DNA of 64,000 nucleotides from a virus: IMG/VR virus record IMGVR_UViG_3300045988_056849; one strand, 5' to 3'. Shown piece by piece: positions 59,161 to 64,000 of this stretch (position 1 is its first letter; each line of letters starts with the position of its first letter). The notes under the pieces were generated by a model. It saw only the letters and a program-made list of their open reading frames with translations, ran no database searches and was not told where the DNA came from. The position numbers and the translations under genes were made by a program.

Positions 59161-60820
59161 TTATAAAACATTTTATAAAGGTTTTTTGGAAGGTCAATCG
59201 CAACTCATAGTTACGAGCGACTTTGGTAAAAGACACATGGATGGTAAAATCAAAAACCATAATGGTATTGACTTTGGCGTTCCTGTCGGTACTGTTTTGA
59301 AAGCTCCTTTGGGCGGTAAGATTATAACCAAACAAGTTCAGAAGAACGGAGCTGGATTGTACGTTACTATTCAACATCAGGTTGAGATGGGCGTTTATAT
59401 CTATATTCTGTTAATGCACCTTCATTCCGTTGATAGTCATATCTACGTGGGTTATCAGATAGCCGAAGGAGAGCGAATTGGAACCACGGGAGGAGCGAAA
59501 GGAGACCCAAATGCAGGTCATTCTACTGGCCCACACTTACACTTGGAAGTCCGAAAGGGAGGAAATTCAAGCGGTAATGCTGTTGACCCTAAATATTGGT
59601 TTTTAGCAAAAGAACGTTTGGTATCAAAAAAGACTGGAAAGATACTTAATTATGGAGACCCATCTTGGTTAAGTTTCCCTGATAGTGAAACCAAAACTCA
59701 AACAGCTTACAAGTATTCAGCTCATTCTGATATAACCGTTCCCGATGCTACAGAATATACTCCGAAGAAACAACCAAGACAGAATACAGTAGCAAAAGAA
59801 AGGTTAGCACCTGGTGTATGGCAAATAACAAAACTTTTGGTTGATAGTTCGGTTGCTGATAAGCAAGTTCTTGATTCAGGAATTTCAACCCAGCAAGGCT
59901 CTTTATTGAATTTCTTCCGAAAGGTATGTCAGGAGCCGTTGGTGGAGTTTATGGGAGATACATTTGGTAACCAATATTATTGGATTGTTCGTAAACCGCC
60001 ATTTGATAAAGAGAGTTTCACAAAGATGATTGACCTCACTTTGATAACTCTTGATGAAGCGGATATATTAACAACCGACCTTACTTGGAACAATCAAGGA
60101 ATATACTCATGGTATCAATATGTACCTTATGCCGACTTGCTTGGCATTCGAGAAGCCAACTTGTTTATGCCTGCGGTGTTCTTCCCAGAGTTTGCCGCTG
60201 TTTGGGGGAGCAGACCACTTTGTGTAGAAAGTAATTATTTCAACTTTGCTTTCTCTGGACGTTTTAACTCCGATAAATCGGAAAACTCTCAGAACGGTGA
60301 TAGAATTATACGCAATGCTGTACGTGATTTTAAGTTTCTTGTTGAAAGTAATGCTTATAACGCCTTCACCCGAAGAGGAACGATAACACTGATTGGAGAC
60401 AGACGCATCAAAAGAGGTACGGTCATAATGCTTCCGACTTCGGGTGAGATATTCTACGTGGATGCTGTTACGAATACATATGACGTAACAACGCAAGGTG
60501 TGAGCAGAATGACTACCTTGCAAGTGTCCAAAGGAATGTACCCTGCTTATATATACGGCAAAGAGATAGGATTGAAGAAATTCAGTTACTTTGATATCAT
60601 AGACTTCGGAGAAGATTTTGACATTGAAAAGATAACCGCTGATAATTGGAAGGACTATATTTCAAAGTGGAAAGTGAATGTCGACAATTTCGGCTTCTTT
60701 ATGTCTAAGCAACAATTGTATTGGGAAAACATCAATAATTATCGTATGATGGCAACTGGTAATAATTCATTTGAAGTAACTATTACCAAAGAAGTTACTG
60801 TAACAGGCAAAAAGAAATAG
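59153..60820 (+). CDS. tail-associated M23 peptidoglycan endopeptidase
   Basis: HNGIDFGVPVGTVLKAPLGGKI (HxxxD) and GPHLHLEV (HxH) in the N-terminal 150 aa. A 400-aa C-terminal structural part follows. ATG 59153 overlaps the previous stop. Confidence 0.8.
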   Translation: MANYKTFYKGFLEGQSQLIVTSDFGKRHMDGKIKNHNGIDFGVPVGTVLKAPLGGKIITKQVQKNGAGLYVTIQHQVEMGVYIYILLMHLHSVDSHIYVGYQIAEGERIGTTGGAKGDPNAGHSTGPHLHLEVRKGGNSSGNAVDPKYWFLAKERLVSKKTGKILNYGDPSWLSFPDSETKTQTAYKYSAHSDITVPDATEYTPKKQPRQNTVAKERLAPGVWQITKLLVDSSVADKQVLDSGISTQQGSLLNFFRKVCQEPLVEFMGDTFGNQYYWIVRKPPFDKESFTKMIDLTLITLDEADILTTDLTWNNQGIYSWYQYVPYADLLGIREANLFMPAVFFPEFAAVWGSRPLCVESNYFNFAFSGRFNSDKSENSQNGDRIIRNAVRDFKFLVESNAYNAFTRRGTITLIGDRRIKRGTVIMLPTSGEIFYVDAVTNTYDVTTQGVSRMTTLQVSKGMYPAYIYGKEIGLKKFSYFDIIDFGEDFDIEKITADNWKDYISKWKVNVDNFGFFMSKQQLYWENINNYRMMATGNNSFEVTITKEVTVTGKKK

Positions 60821-60822
60821 TT

Positions 60823-61713
60823 ATGGAAGAAGATGTAATTGGCATAAGAAATTTGGACACTGGTATCGGTTCAGCTGGGGTAGGCTTCGTTGTCGTACCT
60901 TCGGAGGTTGACCGAGTTCAATATATAAATGATTGCTACCGCACTAACACCCTAACGATAAACGGAGGGAAGGGATATGGATATTTCAGTGGCGTACATG
61001 CTGATATAAACGTAATGCAGTGCATAAAGTTCCCGACTGATGAAGAGAATAGAGGAACACCAGTGGTATGGGTTAAAGATGCTGTGTCTCAACTTCCTGT
61101 TATCGTAGCAGCATTGAGACGGCAAGGTGAATACTATTCTTTGGATGAAAATCAATACAGATTAAAACGAGGAACGGAAACAAGAAATGTTGAGATATTT
61201 GTTGACGGCACTACGGCTGGTTTGGACATAACAGTATTGGGAGACAAGGATGAGCCTGCTAATATTGATATCAAGTTAAGCTCCGAGAACGCTGATTCAG
61301 TCTTGAACGTTTCTTGCGATAACGAGATAAACATCATTGGTAATAAATCGGTAAATGTAGTCACAAATCAGAAGGCTACTTTGAAGGTCAAGGAGAAGGG
61401 CGAAGAAAAAATGTCTTTGTCGTATGAGCTTGGTAAGGGTTTGAATTACAAAGATGAATTTGAAAATGAGGTAGTTGCTAAGGACGGAGAAGTTGATATC
61501 ATTAGCAAGAAGATAAACCACAATAGCGGTAAAGAGCCGATGGTGTTAGGTAATACGTTGGCGGACTTATTGGACGAGATGCTGAAAGCTATTCAAGCAA
61601 TAACCGTTATTTCTCCAGTAGGAGCTACTTCAACGCCTGTGAATGCAGCTTCTTTTGCTGCTATACAAGCGAAGTTAGATACAATCAAAAGTAAAATTTC
61701 TAATTTGGAATAA
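60823..61713 (+). CDS. baseplate central spike-like protein
   Basis: Position, plus the C-terminal stretch GKEPMVLGNTLADLLDEMLKAIQAI...TSTPVN, which is reminiscent of gpV/gp45-type spikes. Confidence 0.45.
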   Translation: MEEDVIGIRNLDTGIGSAGVGFVVVPSEVDRVQYINDCYRTNTLTINGGKGYGYFSGVHADINVMQCIKFPTDEENRGTPVVWVKDAVSQLPVIVAALRRQGEYYSLDENQYRLKRGTETRNVEIFVDGTTAGLDITVLGDKDEPANIDIKLSSENADSVLNVSCDNEINIIGNKSVNVVTNQKATLKVKEKGEEKMSLSYELGKGLNYKDEFENEVVAKDGEVDIISKKINHNSGKEPMVLGNTLADLLDEMLKAIQAITVISPVGATSTPVNAASFAAIQAKLDTIKSKISNLE

Positions 61714-61715
61714 TT

Positions 61716-61970
61716 ATGCCTATCAATACAGAAGGTTTGAGAACTACACTCAAACAAAAAATAAAAGAAGCTCTGGACGCTCCGATAAGTAACGAGTCAG
61801 ATTCAGAGAAAGTAAAACAAGATTTTGCTGATTCAATAGCGAATGCTGTAGCAGATGGCGTGGACGCTTGGATTAAAACAGCAACGGTAACTGTTCAACC
61901 AGGCATACCAGTAACAACTTCCACTGGAGCTGGAACGACAACTGGGCCAGGCACTGGGACTATATCATAA
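61716..61970 (+). CDS. small baseplate-region protein
   Basis: 84 aa with a G/T-rich C-terminus. Confidence 0.45.
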   Translation: MPINTEGLRTTLKQKIKEALDAPISNESDSEKVKQDFADSIANAVADGVDAWIKTATVTVQPGIPVTTSTGAGTTTGPGTGTIS

Positions 61971-62007
61971 TGAGCAGTTATAAAGTTGATAAAATATATA
62001 TAAAGTT

Positions 62008-62790
62008 ATGGCATTTTTGAATCAAGCTGGTAGAATAGCAGGAAGTACAGTCAATAGCGTAGTTGAGAACGCAAGAGGAGCGTTGGTGACTATCGGAAAG
62101 GCTGCACTTCATACGCTTGCACCCGACAACTTTGAATACTATATGTGTTCATTGGAGTTGTTAGATAGCTCTGGAAATACCAAGGGTTTTATGTCCTTCG
62201 TTGTTATGCCTAATAACATATTGGAGAATAAGACTCAAATTGCTACCATAACTAAAACCAACAAAGGAGTTTCAACGCTGTTCAATAGCACCTTCGTTCC
62301 GAGAGATATTTCAATTCAAGGTACGTTTGGAAGAAAGTTCAGATTGTTATTGGGAATGAAGGAAACGGAGAATGTATCAACAATTCCGTTCTTCGGAGGC
62401 AATATGGGTTTTAGCGTTTTGGATAGCGATGTCTTGATAAAGACTGGTTATGGACTGACGAAGATGTTGAAGAATATGGTTGAGGCTTCTACTAAGTTAG
62501 ATGACCAAGGCAATCCTTGTATCTTGATATTCAACAATTATGCTTTGAATACTCATTATGTTGTAGAAGTAATGCAAGACTCATATTCACAGAGTATCGA
62601 AAACAACATGCTTTGGTATTACTCTTTGGAGATGAAGGCGGTTGCTCCTGCATCTGCTGTTAAAAGTCAAAAGGAGCAAAATGCTAAGTTTCTAACAACA
62701 GTTGCTTCGGGAGCTATTGCTAAGGGAATAGGCAATATTTTGAAGGATGTTTCACGTGCTACCTTCGGAGCGTTAAATATTGGTATATAA
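62008..62790 (+). CDS. baseplate-region protein
   Basis: 260-aa ORF preceded by the variant motif GCAGTTATAA (61974-61983). Confidence 0.5.
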   Translation: MAFLNQAGRIAGSTVNSVVENARGALVTIGKAALHTLAPDNFEYYMCSLELLDSSGNTKGFMSFVVMPNNILENKTQIATITKTNKGVSTLFNSTFVPRDISIQGTFGRKFRLLLGMKETENVSTIPFFGGNMGFSVLDSDVLIKTGYGLTKMLKNMVEASTKLDDQGNPCILIFNNYALNTHYVVEVMQDSYSQSIENNMLWYYSLEMKAVAPASAVKSQKEQNAKFLTTVASGAIAKGIGNILKDVSRATFGALNIGI

Positions 62791-63710
62791 TGGAATCAAT
62801 AGTATTAGAATTTGAACAAGTCACAAAATATCCGCTTATCCAGTTCTTGGCTAAGTATCGGAGTTTCATGCTCAATTCCTATCCTGAAATAAACCGATAT
62901 TTTTCAGGACAAACGGAGGGGGTTGATAACTCACATTTGATATTACTTCGGGAGCTTACTTCAGAATGTAAGGACGTTATGGCGCAGTTCAAGAACTTCG
63001 CAAATAAGTTCGCTACTTGTGGATATTGGGAGCTAATGGACTATTTGGAAGATTTGAATACAACAATTGAGAAAATCAATAAACTTCCTAAGTTCCGCAG
63101 GACTTCTATAACAAAGAGAGGTTATCAGCCTTTCATACAAGTTGCTTCGTCAGTAGGAGGTTACAGAACAGTAGAAGATGTAGCAAACTCCGTTAAACAA
63201 ATCAACCAAGATAATTCAAACTGGATTGACTTGATGTTGAGTAACGATATGAATGAAGGAGATTGGGAGATTGATAAGCTCACTCCGATGAACGTTCTTG
63301 TAAACAATCAAGTGGATGTCGTTGTAACCACGATACTTGACCAGCCTATCGGAAAGCGGATATATGGAAAGGATATTGCGAGAAAGATTACATTTCAATC
63401 TAATGATTTGGTTATTGTAGAGTTCCAAGCCAACGTAGAACAAAAATGCGATATTCTGTTGGAGCTCAATCGGGGGGATGTTCCCGAAAATATGTTGTTT
63501 GGTAAAAACTCTAAACTAATCACTGGAGTTAATACCAAAACATTCGCCTATCCTGAATTGGTATCGGATATTCAAAACAACTTCTTACAGAATGATTTGT
63601 TTGAATATGCTGTTATCACTGACTTTGCTTACGATAATGGAAGTATGACGATAACGGTTGAGATAAAAACAAAGTATGATTATAAAACTGAGAAAAAAAT
63701 AGTGATATGA
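62790..63710 (+). CDS. baseplate-region protein
   Basis: TAATG overlap. 306 aa. Confidence 0.5.
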   Translation: MESIVLEFEQVTKYPLIQFLAKYRSFMLNSYPEINRYFSGQTEGVDNSHLILLRELTSECKDVMAQFKNFANKFATCGYWELMDYLEDLNTTIEKINKLPKFRRTSITKRGYQPFIQVASSVGGYRTVEDVANSVKQINQDNSNWIDLMLSNDMNEGDWEIDKLTPMNVLVNNQVDVVVTTILDQPIGKRIYGKDIARKITFQSNDLVIVEFQANVEQKCDILLELNRGDVPENMLFGKNSKLITGVNTKTFAYPELVSDIQNNFLQNDLFEYAVITDFAYDNGSMTITVEIKTKYDYKTEKKIVI

Positions 63711-64000
63711 TTACAAAGATAACGCCTGTTAATGAGCTCAAGCTCATGTTCTTGGAAATACTCCTGAACAAAACAGATAAGATTAACGACATTGGAGCTG
63801 AATCAGTTTTGAATGGTATTGCCTTCGGTTGCGCTAAGGTAGGTCAGAAATGCCTTGTAAACCAAGCTATCGTGGAAGGTCATATCTTTCCTGATACGGC
63901 TTATGGAGTTTACTTGGATGAACTTGCTGCTATTCGTGGCGTTTCTCCGAGATTTGGTGCGGCAGCAAGTTCTACTTATGTACGACTTATTGCTGATGAG
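63707..64000 (+). CDS. baseplate J-like protein (5' partial, runs off the window)
   Basis: My own translation from ATG 63707 (ATGA overlap): MITKITPVNELKLMFLEILLNK...IFPDTAYGVYLDELAAIRGVSPRFGAAASSTYVRL. This matches the gpJ/gp47 signature P-x-TA-x-G-x-x-LD-x-x-A-x-x-x-G-x-x-R. Confidence 0.6.
   Translation, partial: MITKITPVNELKLMFLEILLNKTDKINDIGAESVLNGIAFGCAKVGQKCLVNQAIVEGHIFPDTAYGVYLDELAAIRGVSPRFGAAASSTYVRLIADE

Noticed and set aside
1-64000. Lysogeny, integration or transposition functions
   Set aside because: No integrase, recombinase, transposase, repressor/antirepressor pair or att-like flanking repeats were recognisable. The only mobile-type gene is the GIY-YIG endonuclease.

Overview
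The window looks like a 64-kb piece of a large tailed-phage genome with contractile-tail (myovirus-type) architecture. Every credible gene is on the + strand, packed tightly, with many ATGA/TAATG stop-start overlaps. No rRNA, canonical tRNA, CRISPR array, integrase or transposase was seen. Ribosome-binding sites are mostly absent. Four intergenic regions carry a TTTG-N19-TAnnTTnG promoter architecture, which points to a Bacteroidota host (inference).

Layout:
- 1-11.5 kb: small early-type genes, including a macro-like protein, a kinase-only P-loop protein, a wHTH/histone-H1-like protein, a transglutaminase-like protease, membrane proteins and lipoproteins.
- 11.5-11.9 kb: the largest non-coding region, rich in repeats and secondary structure.
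- 12.9-29.3 kb: DNA and nucleotide metabolism. This includes HU, a DEDD exonuclease, the terminase large subunit, dUTPase, a ferritin-like protein, ribonucleotide reductase, a UvrD-like helicase, a GIY-YIG homing endonuclease, a FEN/RNase H-type 5' nuclease, and a DNA-hypermodification-family protein next to an FkbM methyltransferase.
- 30.9-64 kb: morphogenesis. This includes portal, fibre-like protein, MuF-like protein, a PIG-L deacetylase with a GT4 glycosyltransferase, an AAA+ protein, a kinase-like/ART-like giant protein, a GH108-like lysin, prohead protease-scaffold, major capsid, neck genes, sheath, tube, chaperones, tape measure, an M23 tail lysin and baseplate genes up to a truncated baseplate-J gene.

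Most interesting candidates:
- A possible new DNA-modification pair at 27.1-29.3 kb.
- A PIG-A/PIG-L-like (MshA/MshB-like) sugar module inside the head gene cluster at 38.3-40.5 kb.
- Two giant putative packaged effectors at 40.5-44.9 kb.
- A mini-domain shared by three proteins.
- Two families of dispersed regulatory motifs.

All homology calls come from motif recognition by eye. No database search was run, so they need HMM or structure-based confirmation.
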